Positions 41,127 to 55,095 of a DNA stretch of 64,000 bases are shown here, piece after piece. The stretch covers positions 744,001-808,000 of the forward strand of contig JAYWIR010000014.1 in assembly GCA_036172245.1 (NCBI GenBank), written 5' to 3'. The notes under the pieces were generated by a model that was not told the origin of the DNA, ran no database searches, and saw only the letters and a list, made by a program, of their open reading frames with translations. Source of the stretch: Raillietiella orientalis. Lineage: Eukaryota. The first letter of the stretch is position 1, and every line of letters begins with the position of its first letter. A program made the translations under genes and the position numbers.

Positions 41127-42385
41127 TCTTTTTGATAAAAACTATAACAGTTGAATCACGAGTGATACGAATTGTGCTGTAAAAAAATAATTAGAAATTT
41201 ACAAAGTTGGTTTTTGTAACTGAATGAAAAGTTATGCAATTATCAAAAATTTAACGAGGCCAGTTGACATGTAAACAAGTATTTTTGTAGTCCAGTGCTT
41301 GAAGAGATACAATATAAATTTCTATTTTTGCAAATTACACCTCTGTGATGGTGCAACATTGATTGAGGGACCCCCTTAATGCCTCAAATCCAATCTATAC
41401 AGAAATGTTGAACCGTTGCAATTACATATACATGATAACCGCTATGTGAAATTTCAAATTTCAAAACGCTTCATCTTTGACAGTACTTAAACACATCCGA
41501 CGATTTTACAATGCCATTAAGGCAGTAAACGAATTTAGTGAAGAATTCATCGTTCGCTCTCTTGGTCTTAGTTTTTAATTTCTTTTCACTGCAATTATTA
41601 TTTCATGTCAAGTGCATTAATTTCGAAACACCAACCGATATGGCGTACACCTAGCGTATGCATCCAACGGAATATTAAGTTTCCAGCTGTTGTGCTTCAA
41701 GGTTAGCATTTTTTCTCGAATCGAAAATGTATATTACGCCAGTCAAGTTTCCATTAGCCTTCAAAAACGTGTCATTTACTCCAAAACGCTAACTGGCACG
41801 GTCCTATAACGTGAAATTCACCCAATTAGCAACTAATAACATGGAAAAATCTTAGTAGAATTAGCGAGCCTGACAAAAAAATTTAGATATATGTGGATGA
41901 TTATATGGTGCACTTATGTATTCTTTACTAGGAGTAACGATGAAACAAATAATGCATGGTTAACAATAGAAAGAAATGTATTTAGGATGGAGTGTTGCAA
42001 TTCTTGATGTTTTTGGAAATTTCACCTATGCATTATAAATTTAAATTACTTCGATCGTAATTTTTTAAATTACTGCAAATCGATATAATTCGAGAATTAC
42101 CTTGATAAAACTCAGAACTGTCTCGTTTTTCACAAAACTGAACACTGACTCGAGTACTATATAATGCCGTTCCAATACTCATGCCTTATGCGTATGGTAA
42201 CCTCAGGGGAACTTTGTCTAAGATTTTCTATGGAAATAGGTTGATGGACATAGGAAACAAATTCAAATACGTTGTGAGTTTATCTGGGCCAGTTTTGCAC
42301 GTGTAGACCAATTTTTAGAATCTTTTAAACTTGTGAAGCAAGTAGAATATGTATGCAATGTTTACGTAATTAGGATTTTTTCAAA

Positions 42386-42406
42386 AACACACACACACAC
42401 ACACAC
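42386..42406. repeat. (AC)n microsatellite
   Basis: About 10 consecutive AC units seen directly. Confidence 0.85.
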
Positions 42407-44923
42407 ATGGTAAGAGAAAACCTTACGTAATTTGACTATGTGTACTCAACTTAATTTGGCATTCAATATTTTGAATAACCAACTTATGATCTTACGTAAC
42501 TTCCGATGCTAGGTCAGGGGAGAGACAATTGCGTTTACACCCGTAGGCAATCGGACTTCCATGTCAGACCAAGTGGAAAGAAGTAACAGAGGTATGAAGT
42601 GTTTATTGTGACGATGACTGCATGAGTTGCATGATGACTGCATTTGCAACATTAATATATAATGGTAGAAGCAACAATCATTTTGATACGAAATGAATCT
42701 AAGTAAGTCTTTGATAGAGAACGAAACAGAACACAAAAGCTTTCCAGTAATGAGGAAATCCAAGCAATGTGTTGTACACAAGAAATTTATTCTAAAAGAT
42801 GAGTATGTCACAAATCCTTTTTATCGTACAGGGCATTTTAATAAACGAATATTGGATGCCATCTATGATTGTTTAAAATTTTTTCAAGATTTCTTGGATT
42901 TGTAGAAGCTCTTGCAAAGCACATTATGCTGTTGAAGAAAACTTTTGCAGTCTAACTTGAAAAGTGGCACAGAATTTCAAAATTCATACAACGAAATGAA
43001 TTTTCTATTGACTTAAAAATCTACAGTGTTTGACAGGATGGAATAGTGCTACGTTTGATAGGGAGGGATCTGCAGTCAAGAACTTGATTTTGATCTCTAA
43101 ATCAGCAAAGAAGATAATTACTCAATCAAAACGAGGTTTCTATCCTTTTTTTTTTGGACAAACTATAAGCATTAAAAAAAAAATAGTTGATATGAAGCTT
43201 CATTTCGGTCTATTCTTCCAACATAAAATTCTCATTTTATAAACACGCACCTCAACTGGCTAGAAAGCCTAGAATTCATGTAACTGAAAATATTGTCGGA
43301 TAGCTATTTTTATTTATAAAGGAAAGCTCTTTGATGAACTGATACATCTTGGAGTTTCTCTCAAAAGATTCAAATGGAAAATTGATTTTTATTGTCCCAT
43401 GTGATAAACAGATTTATAGAACAGTTTGTGAAGCGAATCATCTCTGATTATCGAGATTAAGAAGTGAAAACATTTTGGGGGGGATTGGGATGCATCACAT
43501 TTAGCAAGGATTACATTTACAAAGATCATGCGAAACATACTAAAATTATTAGCAAATACTGAGCTAATCAGCAAACGAAAGTGCTGTCAGCAGATTGTTA
43601 ATCATCTAAAAAGGAGGGATTCCATAGCAAATTATGCACGAATTAAACTAATAAGCTATTAAACTAATCTCCAGAAATATTGCCATGAAAAAATTAATCT
43701 CAAAGATTTCATGAATGGTTTCATGAATTGATGAATGAATTCTAAAACTAACTTAAGAATTTTTTGTTCTTATTGATCCAATTCACTTGATACTTTTCCG
43801 TCACATATAATTGAGTTTTCCACATTCGAAATGTTCCAAAGAACCTAAAACATGGTAAATTTCATGCGGTTTGTTGCAATAGGATGGACAGTTCAATCTT
43901 ATATATTATATATAGGGAAATATTGAAATGTTTACTGCCAGTCATGCTCAAATCTTGCTTAAGAAATGGACTACCAATAATAAATTAAGAATTTTGATAA
44001 CATAATTTAAGTGCTTCAGTAAGTCGGGAGGGCGAATTACTTTACGGTAAACGCACCTTAACCCCAAAATGGTATTTTTATATGACAACGGTGCACCACA
44101 TATAAGCAATTGAATAAAGTATTGTTGAATAGTAACAATGCTTGAGAGTGTTCCAGTAAACTGTAAATTTAGCCTGCCAAAGATGATTTTGTTGTTGTTG
44201 TTGTTGGGTAACATCTTCGAGATCATTTTCCAGAGTAATTAGAAAACAGCTATTTCTATGTACCTTCTTAATATTGGTATTAGCATCGGTATGAATATGA
44301 AGCAGCGTATTCATGCTGAAGGTCCTAGGAACTGGTCATATTTCAATATTGATATTCGTTCGATTCCATAATGAATAATTGAAATCTGCATAAATGTTTT
44401 TTTTTGTTTTTTTTTTAAAAAACAATGTTTTGCTAAATAGAAGAGGCGACTGAAAGAGTTTTTTATTTGAATTGAAATGCATCTGTTATCAAAGGCAGTT
44501 CATAAAAAGACAAGTACTTACGTATTGGTGTAAGCCCCTTAAAGTATAGAGACAAATATTCACTGAAACCGGAAATACTAGCTTGCCTGCTAGCGATTAG
44601 GATTGCTCAATTTCTTTCTAAATAAAATAAACATAGTAGCATAATTTCCGCCAAAATTTTTGATGAAATAAGTTCAGAACGAGAAATCAAAAGTTTGATC
44701 ATATAAGACTAATGTGTAATTTAGAAAGCTACTCCTTTGCTACTACTTTGCTTCAGTTATGTTAGTTACAACATATTCAAATTAAGTATATATTTTTTCC
44801 AGGTTACCAGCATAATGAGCTGCAGAATTGTTAGTGAGTCATAACTAAATAGAGAATTAACAAATTAACAGCTCATTCCTTCTTTTAGGAAGCTAAGGAG
44901 TTAGACTTTATTGACAAAAACAA

Positions 44924-45698
44924 TTAGAGTTCTCGAGATGATAACGAGTCATCTGTACATGCATGAAACAAACCTTCCCCTCTGAATTATATTTTATCTC
45001 TAATTACACATTTCAATACTATACCTGCAGAGCACATCCTCTAGTTGCCGGCTTCCCAATAGAAACTTTTCATAAACTACGGACTCACCTAATTCTCCAA
45101 CAAGCATAGTACACATATAATCGAGTCTTGAAATCACAGCGATGTGAAACATTTTCTGAGCAGTGCAAACTTACTTCTTAGTCCATGCTTCACCACCTAA
45201 GGCCATTCCATAAGCATCGTCTGTTTCCAAATCAGGACCGCTAAAACGTAGCTTACCATCAAGAATCATTACACTATACCTAAGAAGTATAGCATACTAA
45301 ATGATCTATTATATTAAGCCGTTCACCTACAAAGAAAAAGCACCTTTCCTGCAAGCTTCCTCGGTCAAGTCGAAAACTTCGCTCTCCGGAAGTTTCTTAA
45401 TGGATGGTAAGCGCTGGTGTTTTGAAAGCAACGTCCTATATACCTATAAAAAATGTCACTCGAATATTGCTGCTTGCATTTGAGAACACTGAACTCTTCC
45501 TGCAACCGCTCGACAACCATCACAGCGTAATTCAGCTGGCATTGCAAGAGAGACTGACTCCTCATCGGAAAATTCAGGCAATTTGGGCCCGAAATTTGTC
45601 AAGTTTTTATCAGAAACGTTTAAACTTGCTTTAATTTTAAAATCAATACATAATACATACATAATTATTAGCTTTAAACGAAATTCCATTTCATTCAT
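44924..45698 (-). CDS. MZB1: MZB1/pERp1-like saposin-fold ER protein, paralogue A (~193 aa, 5 exons, ends SREL)
   Basis: Exons 45698-45495, 45443-45331, 45279-45175, 45126-45025, 44981-44924 (intron phases 0,2,2,2). MPAELRCDGCRAVA resembles human MZB1 MPAHLRCDACRAVA; also LRFSGPDL, GGEAW, CTMLVGELGESVVYE, LEDVLC and a terminal SREL (human REEL). Confidence 0.85.
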
Positions 45699-46028
45699 TT
45701 TCTAAAATGGTTTTTAAAAATCTGACATTCAAAACCAGTTTGCAAGAATACGTATGAAGAATTCTTTATCTAGAATTCATTCTATCTCACAATAAAATAA
45801 CATGATTCTCAACTACTATGTGAATTAAAATGCATTGAACTTTTTTTTAAAGTAAAAATCATTAGACATTTCTTCGAGAACTTAATATCCATAGTTTGCG
45901 ATGAGCCATGTTCCTTCGCTAGACCCTGTCTCATGATAATCGTTCCGAATAGCAATTTCATCAAGAAACCTTTCCTTCGAAGTTAAGAAGTGCTTATCTT
46001 TTAGCATTCGAAGGTTATGCCCCGATGA

Positions 46029-46823
46029 TTATTCATCACAGAAACCTCTAGAATACATACTAATTTGCTATAATAGTAAGAAGAATCAAGCGGACCTGCA
46101 TAACTTCAGGGCGACAAATACTTCGGTTTTATTTCCTAACCACTGTTCATAAATTTCATAATCACCATTCAAGCCAACAGCATTTCTGCAAACTCCACAG
46201 ATGCTAAACTTTTAAAATACTTGCTGATACAAAGATTTTTATTTACCCTAATTTTTTCCATGGACCTGCTGCTCGACGATGATATTCACTTAGAAAATCA
46301 TCTATATTTCTCGCTCTGAAATGAGGATCCCCAATCAAATCATCGAGTCGGTGACCACGGAAATACACGAGTTCCCTTCAGTAATATAGAAAATGAAAAC
46401 GTGAAATAAAATACAGTGAATATTGGAATTCATAAAAAAAATTGATTTCCTTTTACATTACATGCATATATAATGTAATAAACAAGTTGAAATAATACAT
46501 ATGATCGCAAGTAGACTCCACTAGATCTATTATCTCATCTTCAGAAAATTCAGAAACAGAAATTCTTGAATTATGTAATTTGTGGAAGGCTTCATTCAAC
46601 TAAAATAAATGAAATTTACGGATGGAACTTGAAAGATTTTTGATCCCTCAATAATGCAAAAGTTACCCAATAACCTCGGATGGAAACTCACTTTATGAGC
46701 AGAAACTTTGCAAGCATTACATTTGAACTGTTCTTCAGTTTGTATCTCCACAGGTTGGTCATAATAGCAGTTGCAGAAAGCAATTGTAAGCAAAAAAACG
46801 TATTGGGAACCTCTGTAAACCAT
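46029..46823 (-). CDS. MZB1/pERp1-like protein, divergent paralogue B (5 exons, ends GFCDE)
   Basis: Exons 46823-46692, 46599-46484 (alternative donor at 46499), 46375-46247, 46203-46096, 46047-46029; same intron phases as paralogue A. Hydrophobic signal-like N-terminus, KCNACKVSA CxxC, SEDEIIDLVESTC, AGPW, CRNAVGLNGDYEIYEQW, KLC. An alternative ATG lies at 46841. Confidence 0.75.
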
Positions 46824-48516
46824 TTTTCTAAAAAATATCATTGTACAAATACAATCTAACTAGATGATGAAAAAGAATCATCCTAGCAAAAAAAGTTTGA
46901 TTTGTACACTTGAAAATTCTGTTTCAAGTAACAATGGAAAAAACTTTACCCAGTAACTATGGCGATTTCATGTTTGGGTAACTCGATCAAAACTATGCAG
47001 GAACCCCCCCCCCCTCCCTCCAGTAACAACAAAATGAAAAAAAAAAAAAAACAAAAAAAAACGACCTAACTACATCGTTGAACTCGAAGGATGCGTTGAA
47101 CTTTTGTCCCTTGAATTGTGAAATGTTTCTTACATGGAAACACATGTTTAAATAGATCAATAATAGAGGAACACATGTAATGTTGAAAATTACATTGCAT
47201 GAAAACAGCGTGAGCGTTGGTTTAAAAGATTCTTGTGGTCGATTGCGCGCAAATGTTCGAGTTTTCGGATATAGCATTTGATGGCCGGCAGTCTGGGCGC
47301 GAAGTGGATTTTCATTCGATACTCGTTATGGACAGCCATCCATTGCGAGAAAAGAGATTGTGGGAGAAAGTTGCTCTTCTCTTAGGTCCCTTGTGGAGGG
47401 AATCGGAATGATTCACTCAAATGACCTAAATCTTTTACGTAGCTCCTGTTGAAACCGACTTGCATCATACTTCACTGGAAGAACACGGGTCGCCCGAGCA
47501 GATGTAATGGCTGCAAACCTGCGAGCGCAACTGCACGGTTTGATTTACAAGCGAAGGTTCCAAGCTGCCGCTGCAGCGGGGCTTGGAGGGGAAAGGCAGG
47601 GGGGAAGGAAGAGAGAGCCAGTTTTGCACGGGATAAAGCTCACCATCCAGCTTAATCCGCAGCGAAACAGGAAATGGCAAAGAAATGGCACTCGAGGCTG
47701 CAGCTCTATTAGCATCGTTCAGCACAATTTCTGATGATTCCAAGATAGGTTCCAGACGGGGGATCTGTAGGCGGGGTCAGAGGAGAGAGAGACCCCTGAT
47801 TACGGCGGCGGATCGGGGCGAAGAGGGCAAAGAGATCCGAGGCGATCGGTGCTCTCGCGCCGCTGCGGGAGAAAGGTGGATGTGCTCCCGGCAGGGGCAG
47901 GAGGCACGCGGGATCCCGGAGCCTGCAGCACCTCCTCTTGGTGCGCGGGAGGGATGGTTCCCGAGAGTCGAGGGGATGGCACGGGCGAGGGAAGACGCGA
48001 GGCCCGGGAGGAGGAGGAGGACAAAGGATGCGCTTCTTCTTCCCTTTGTAGCTACACTCTATCCGGTACCCCACCACCACCCCCAGAGCAAGGAAGCACA
48101 CCGGGGGACCTCCGCCGTTGTCCAGGGTGGCGGAGGAGGACGGGAGAGCTGCATCTCTGAGCAGACAGAGTAGGTCTTTCCGCGGGCTCACAGTGTGGCT
48201 TCCTGGTTGACCGGCCCCACGTGTCACCTCTCTCCTTGTCCTGAGGAAGCCACCCGGAAGGGCGCGAGCAGTTCGCTCCTTTCGCTCCCTCTCTCTCCAG
48301 ATCACCGGAGGACACGCTTTCTGCACTCCGTCTTCCTGTCGTGGGGTCCGCCCCCGGTGAGAGGTGCCGCCCTGAAGGAAGGGGGCGGAGCGCCTTGCCG
48401 TCGCCGTCGCGACGGGCCGCTGCTGACGTTCTTCCTCCGGTCTGGATGGCCGCCTCCTCCGCCTCCCGCCTGAGAGGAACGTCCCTGAGAGGAAGTCGCT
48501 TCCTGTCCGGGGGATC

Positions 48517-49508
48517 TCAGCGTCCCTGGAAGGACCGGAGGATGCTCTCTGAGGGCTTGGCGTGGAGGATCTTGTGCCTGAGTATCTGGAAAACGCCATC
48601 AGGGAGGGCGGCCCCTTTCTGCTGCCCTCTGACCAGGTTGTCGTGGAGGATCTGCTTCTGGTGACGCTTCCTGTTGAGAGCGGACGAGGCCAGCTGGAGG
48701 GTCCTCCCCGGTCCAAGGATTCGAGGAGGAAGAATCCCTCGTGCCCCGGGCCGCGAGGGGGTCTCCTTCCCTGCCCCCGCCTTCGAAGGGGAAGGACCCT
48801 CGTCCTGATGAGGGGACTGCTGAGGTCCCTGCGCTCTTATGGCCTCCAGCTCTTCGGCGGCGCGCAGCAGCAGGCAGAGCCCTCCAGGCGTCCCATCGGG
48901 ATCGTCGCCGAAAGGCGTTGCCGCCGCCGCCGCCTGCATGATGGAAGGGCAGCTCATCCTCTTCGTCGGTTTCCTCCCCCTGCTCACGCAGGGGGACTCC
49001 TCGGCTGCTCCCGGAGGAGGCGGTTCCGCTTCCTCTTCCCTTTCCTCTTCGGCAGCCGCCTCGGAGGCCACTCCCACCGGACAGGGAGAGGGTGGCATCT
49101 CCTCCTCCGGTGGCAGCGGCGCATCCGGCGGATTCTGCGCTCCTTCCCCGTCGCCTCCGGAAGCGGCGGACGCCTCCTCCTCGCCGGAGCCCTCTTCGGT
49201 CTGCACCGCCGCGGAGGAGCAGCTCCCTCCTTCCGTGGGTGGGGAGCCACCGCCGCCGCCGCCGCACCCCACGGCGCGGCTGATCCTCGAGGCGATGTTC
49301 CGCAAGACTCCGCGCCTCCCCCTCATCGCCGAGCCGGGTCGCTTAGGGCGACGACGTCCGGTCCTCCCTCCCGAGAGGGCCGCCGCATTCCCGTCCTCCT
49401 CTCCCGCGTCGCTCCCGGCGGAGTACTCCGGGGCTTCTCTGGGAGTCGCCTCGCGGTTGCTAGGGAACGCCGGCCTCTTCCGGAGCGAGGAACCTGCTCC
49501 GGCTGCGT
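48517..49508 (-). CDS. Unidentified low-complexity (G/A/E/P-rich) protein, probable terminal coding exon; start uncertain (ATG at 49326 or an upstream exon)
   Basis: Open for 330 codons after a long polypyrimidine tract and TTCCAG acceptor (49509-49510). Protein-like basic C-terminus NRKRHQKQILHDNLVRGQQKGAALPDGVFQILRHKILHAKPSESILRSFQGR*. No family recognised, and high GC makes long ORFs easy to obtain by chance. Confidence 0.4.
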
Positions 49509-52500
49509 CTGGAAGCACAGGATTCGTTCTCAGTGCCAGGCAGCACGCGCAGGAGGAAGGGGGGGCGGGAGGGGAGGGACGGGGAAAAAGAGAAGAGGAG
49601 GAGGAGGGGAAGGAGGTCGAAGTTTGCGATCGCCCGTCTCCGACCACTCACTGATTCCCCCGTCCGCCATCTTCACGGAAGGAGGATGCTTCGCGGAGGG
49701 ACGCAGCTGCCGCTCTGTCCTCTCTCCCTTCTTCCTACCAATGTGCGCTGCTCCCGGGTCTCCCTCTTCCCGCGAGCCCCTCCGACCCTTTACCGAGGGC
49801 CCAGAAGAGAGCGCGACACAGAGGTGGCTGAAGGGAGAGGGAAGGAGTCCCTGCTTCCCCTTCCGGTTCCCTTCCCCTTCCTTCTCTGGGAGGGAGAGTT
49901 GGGCGATGAGACAAGGGCTCTCTGACCGGTCCTCCGCCTGGCGCATGCGCGACTTTCTCGCGTGGCAGCACTCTCGTGCGCCTCGACTCTGCCCCCCCCT
50001 CGTACGCTTGCGCCATGAGAGCGCCGATGGCGGCTCTGCAAGCGCACGTGCGAGGGACCGTCGCAACGCAGTCGATCCACGGTTTGCCGGCCAGTCAATC
50101 CACGTTTTCCACCCGCCTTCCACTCGTGTGGTCCACACTTCAATCGAATCGGCTACTGACCTACTTCCCCACTTCCAGACCCAAGGCTCCATCGATCAAG
50201 GGTTCAGCACCCACGTTCCGGTCGATCGGCGGCTTGATCGATCCGTGGTTTCATCTCTGAGCCGCTTCCTCTCCCGTATCCGCGATCCCTGAGACCGGAG
50301 CGCTTCCCTGACTGGCGGAGCGTGCGCCGCTGGCGGTCACCTCCCGAAACAGAAACGGAGGCGCCGAAGAAAGGGGAATTCGGCACGGGGGACGCCTCGC
50401 GAGCTTCCCATCGCGCACAGGCGATCACAGATGATCCGAGCCGCTCGTGGACATGGAGGGAGTAGGTGGGGAGGATGGGGGAATAGGTTGCTGAGGAAGC
50501 GGAGGGAGGATATGGGTCTTCCGAAGTCTTTCGGCGTCTCCTCGAGCAGCCCCCAAGGCTCGCTTTCCGCCGAGCTAACGAAAGTAGACGGACTGAGTCC
50601 ACTTCCGCAGGGGAACGCGCGCGCTCGTGCCCGTCTCACGGCTCCTCGTCTGCAGACGATCTCTGCAATAGCCCGGCCCTTGAGCGCGAGCGAGCCCGTC
50701 TCCCAGATAACCAGATGAGAGGCGGGCCACACGGCGCGGCTGACAAACCGACGATGAGGTGCGGGACTGCAGGCGACATGGCGAAAGGAGGGGGCGGGGG
50801 TAGTGCAAGGATGGCTGCTTCGCAAGGCCACGCGACCGGCTCCCTGGCAGCGCATCCCACCTACTGGCAAGCGCTTTCATGTGGCACAGATGCGGGGCGC
50901 GTCTCCCAGATTACAGGAGGGCGAAGGAAAGGTCGCACCAGGGAGTGCAACCTTGCAGTGCCCCTCACCTAGTCCTGTGGGGCATCCCTTGCGCGACACT
51001 CAGCAACGGTGAACCACCAACCTCGGGAACACTGGGGAGTACAGAAAGAAAATGGGGACATAAGTCTTTCGGCTTCGTCGAGAAACAGGGACATTTTGAA
51101 AGGGACGAAACGGGAAAAGGAGAGGCCTTCCCGGATGCAGGAATGGCTTTTGCTTCAAGGGCGAGCTGGAACCAACCCTCCTCTGGATGTATCCGTGCAC
51201 ACCCTGTAGCCATTCATCCGGAGCTTTCCGCAGGTTGCCATGCAAGCTTTTGCTCTTCAAGAGAAAGAAGAGAAGACGCGGAGGAACGTAAGAAGCCGAC
51301 GCTTCAAGCGGAGGCGGCACACTGAACACGAATTCTGGAGAACACGTGCATGAGTGCATGCGTGCGTGCGCATGTGTGTGCGAAACATCATGCTCAACAA
51401 CAAATCAATCTGAATAAGCACTCGTACACAAATATGGGTACCGTCAGAAGCCACTCCAAGACACGAACGGGGAAGCCGAGCACGAAGCAACACCACCACC
51501 AACAACAACCAATCGCAAGAAAAGCGAGCGAAAAGCATCAAAACCGAAAAGCAACACTAAGACGAATAAAGCCACTGACAACTCTTACGGCAGAGCAACC
51601 AAATCAGCATTTCTTAACGTGCCATCGTCAAGTCAGTCTCTCGCGTGATGTTCGCTGCGTAGCAACCACCTAGAATTAAAGACAGCATGGACATGAGAGA
51701 ATTGACAAAACTGGAATACATTCGCATTAAATTTTCGTTGCTCGTCTGAAGCAACGCTTTAAGGGAAGCAGCATCGCGCTTAGGAGGCACACAAGGAATG
51801 ATGTTTCTGGATGTGGTTGCAAGGTTTCCGAGAAGCATCAAACACAAGCATCTCTAGGTCGCATAAGGATGGTCTGAACAACCGACTCTACTTAGGATGT
51901 GAATTTACTATCCACATACTATGATCACAGAATCCAGGCAGAAAGTTGCACTTTTTCTTGATTGCTATCGCAACAGATCACTTTTTATTCTTGTAAACCG
52001 AGAAAAGGGATTTGAAACAGATCCCTAGTCATTTTGTTTTGTTTTGCTTTGTTTTTTTTAAAAAGGAAAACTAGTCAGACCCTAGATATTCTGCACTGAA
52101 AGACCTACGACCTAAAGTCTAGAATGATTGACAAACGGTTGTCCAAACAACAGGCTATAAGGATTTTTGGTTAGAGGGTTCATTTTTTCTATAACGCTCC
52201 ATCCGTGTTTTGCTCAATCACTGAGAGATGTCAGCACTTTATGTGCTAAGAAAGAACTAGATACTTTCCACAGCTTCCATTGTCATTTCGAAAAATCCTG
52301 AAAAAGATTAAAAAGAAACTTAGACTTCCCACTCAGGTCCAAATATCGAAACACACTGTCTTCCAGAAAACTTACTTCTCTCATTTTCGCAGATCATCGC
52401 AGTTTTTGATCGTAGCAAGGTGACGTGAAAGGATGCAAAGAAAACGTTGGACGTTGTTGTCTTTCTTACATTGAATTTTTTTATCGTCTGAAAAACGATA

Positions 52501-55095
52501 TTCTAAAGTCCCACAGGATAATGGTCAACTGCATCTTTCCGGAACCGATCCGTGTTTACTTTTGTTTTTGTTTTTTTCAAAATTCTAATTGTTGCGTCCG
52601 AACTGCTTCGCTTTTCCTCACCTGTCCATCTCTGGAGCTGCTGGAACGAGATACGTATCCTTAGTCCGTCTTCCGGACGGTAGCGACAGTCGAACGAGTC
52701 GACATTAAACACGTATAGTCGAAGTTCACACGGTGTTGTTTGACGAAAGTTTGACACGCATAGCCGTGCTCTTTGCTGAAAGCGTTCTGAATACAGATTA
52801 GGTAGATTCCATCCTTCGCGCACTAAATTCGACAAGATGCCGGATAACGTGGCTCCTTTACCCCCTCCCCTCCCCCGCTGTTTTCATATGGGATGCTGCC
52901 TCAGAGCTACCAAACAAAGCAACAAACTTACATAAGTTGAGATGAAGGAAGAAGTGGCCGGGATACTGTCCGTAAGTCCCAAGCAGCTCCTTCCAGAAAC
53001 TATCTTTGCATTTCCATCTCTCAAAAGCTGTTGGTTATGTGGTTGCCCTTTTGACTCCATCATGTTCTGCACGCTTTGCTTGGGACAGAAGCTCTGAAAT
53101 CATTGGGAAAATGAAGACTGAGCAAGGAGAGACGATTAAAGGGCTTCCTCTGTCTTGGCACGCAACCCCTAGGGCTGAAAAGTAGAGTAAATGCGTGCTG
53201 CATTCAGCGTCTTACTGTGAAAGGTACTCATGAAATGTCAGGAAGATCACTTGTGAAGAGACGACAAACACAAGAGGAACATGTTGGAAATCTGAGGACA
53301 TGTAATGTTGTAAATTTACAACAGAAGGTACATAAAATCGATAATGTGAGTTCCTTGAGTCGGAACGTTAAATGCATTTTAGGCTTTGATTGAGAGAAAA
53401 CTATTACTAGGGGATTACTGAGAACGCACGCTTACGTACATCTTTGTGAGTAAGATAAAGGAGTACGTAGCTAGACTGAACCCCGATACATGTCTTTTGC
53501 CAAAATGAAATTTCGCATACGCACACAGCTGCGTCGACATGCTGCACACATACGTGAACATGTAATAATTCACGGATTCAGTATTGAAAAAAATAATGAC
53601 AATGCTACCGAACCATAGTCGACTCAAGATTTATCCGGCACACTCTCATGCATATTAAAATTCTAATGTTAGTCTGATGTTAGTTTCACTGCTTTCAAGG
53701 CATTCTGACTTCGTCGAAATCACTGTCTCCCGCTGCAAAGTTCAGCTGCTATGACGATGAGATCAACTACGAGAGCTCAGTTTTTGTCGAGTGTTTGACA
53801 GTTTTGAGACTATAGCAGACAGCACATGCTCCGGTTCCGGTTTTAGTGTTTCACGGAGTAGTTTCTTCATGGTTCAAGAAGACTTCAATTAGCTCTTCCT
53901 CTGCAACTTGTGACCTACTCCTATAATTGCTGGACTTTAGACATGCTCGTTACCAGAACCTGGATTTGGAAAAATTTCGACATTAGACTGTTAGTCTTCT
54001 TTCAAACTATCAGTCTTCATCCTTCCGATATCGCCCGTGGCAACAACTGCTCTCCCAAAAGCAACCCTGTCATGTCTTCTACTTTCCCAACTCTTTATTA
54101 CCTTACCTACTCTGTTATCTTATCCGGGGTTGAAAGCCACATTGGACGACCTGCAAACACCACCGAGCCACAATTCAACTTTTGGGTTGCGTCCATGCAA
54201 CTGCATCAAGCGGAAGAATGGCAGGGCACACTTCCAAAAAACAAGCTTGCTCAAGTTAACCCTTCGATCCTATAAATACCTCCAAGGGCAGTTCCTCTGG
54301 TTAGCACCATTTTGTGATGCACGAGTGATTGCCAGTTGTCATTTCCTAGGCACCTTCCAAGTTACAACGCCTCCCTGAAAGAACAAATCTGCTGCATCGC
54401 TCAAGCAGCTCTGTATTTGTCTCATACTTCTTATTTCCTTGGCTCTTTAGCAGTAAGCAGAAGGATCGTAGGGTCTCATGAAGACCATAAAGCGATATTC
54501 TTCATTCCAAAAGAAAAAGTGATCAGAGCTCTCACACGTCAGGCAGATTTGTAAATCGAGGCCGAGATGCTCCAACTTATAACATGCATAGCAGCTGCGT
54601 TCTGATTCAGATTGAGCATGGATCAGAACTGTTGAGATTTACCATCCAGTGAGAACCACCCTTTTCCCTGTACAAGATTTACTATATTGCTGTATGGGGC
54701 CGGGAAGCGTAACGGAAATCTAATGCTGCTGGCAACGTTAGCCTCGGAAAAACTCCTGGGCGCGAACAGGTACCAAAAGGGTGATGCACATCCCTCTAAA
54801 GGTCTAATGCACCTCTTTATTCGAACAATAGAAACGTGGAGAAATGGACAAAGGCATCTTCCCCCTCGCCGAAAAGCAACCCCAGTTAACTGGTCAGCAC
54901 CTCATGTGCATTTGGGGAGTAGAAGGTGGGATGCCATGTATATGGTATTCATTTTGCTTTCTTCTCTCTCTCTCTTTTTTTCCTTTTTTTCTTTTTACAA
55001 AGCGGAGGGTTACTCGAGATGCAGGCTTCTTCCTGATCACTTGGGAGATTAACAGCATCATCTGTCGAAACAACGCTCGGCCGCAAAAGTCACTT

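Noticed and set aside
48562..50292. 576-aa + strand ORF, the longest in the track
   Set aside because: GTG start and Arg/Leu-rich composition typical of an antisense shadow of the minus-strand ORF; no domain recognised.
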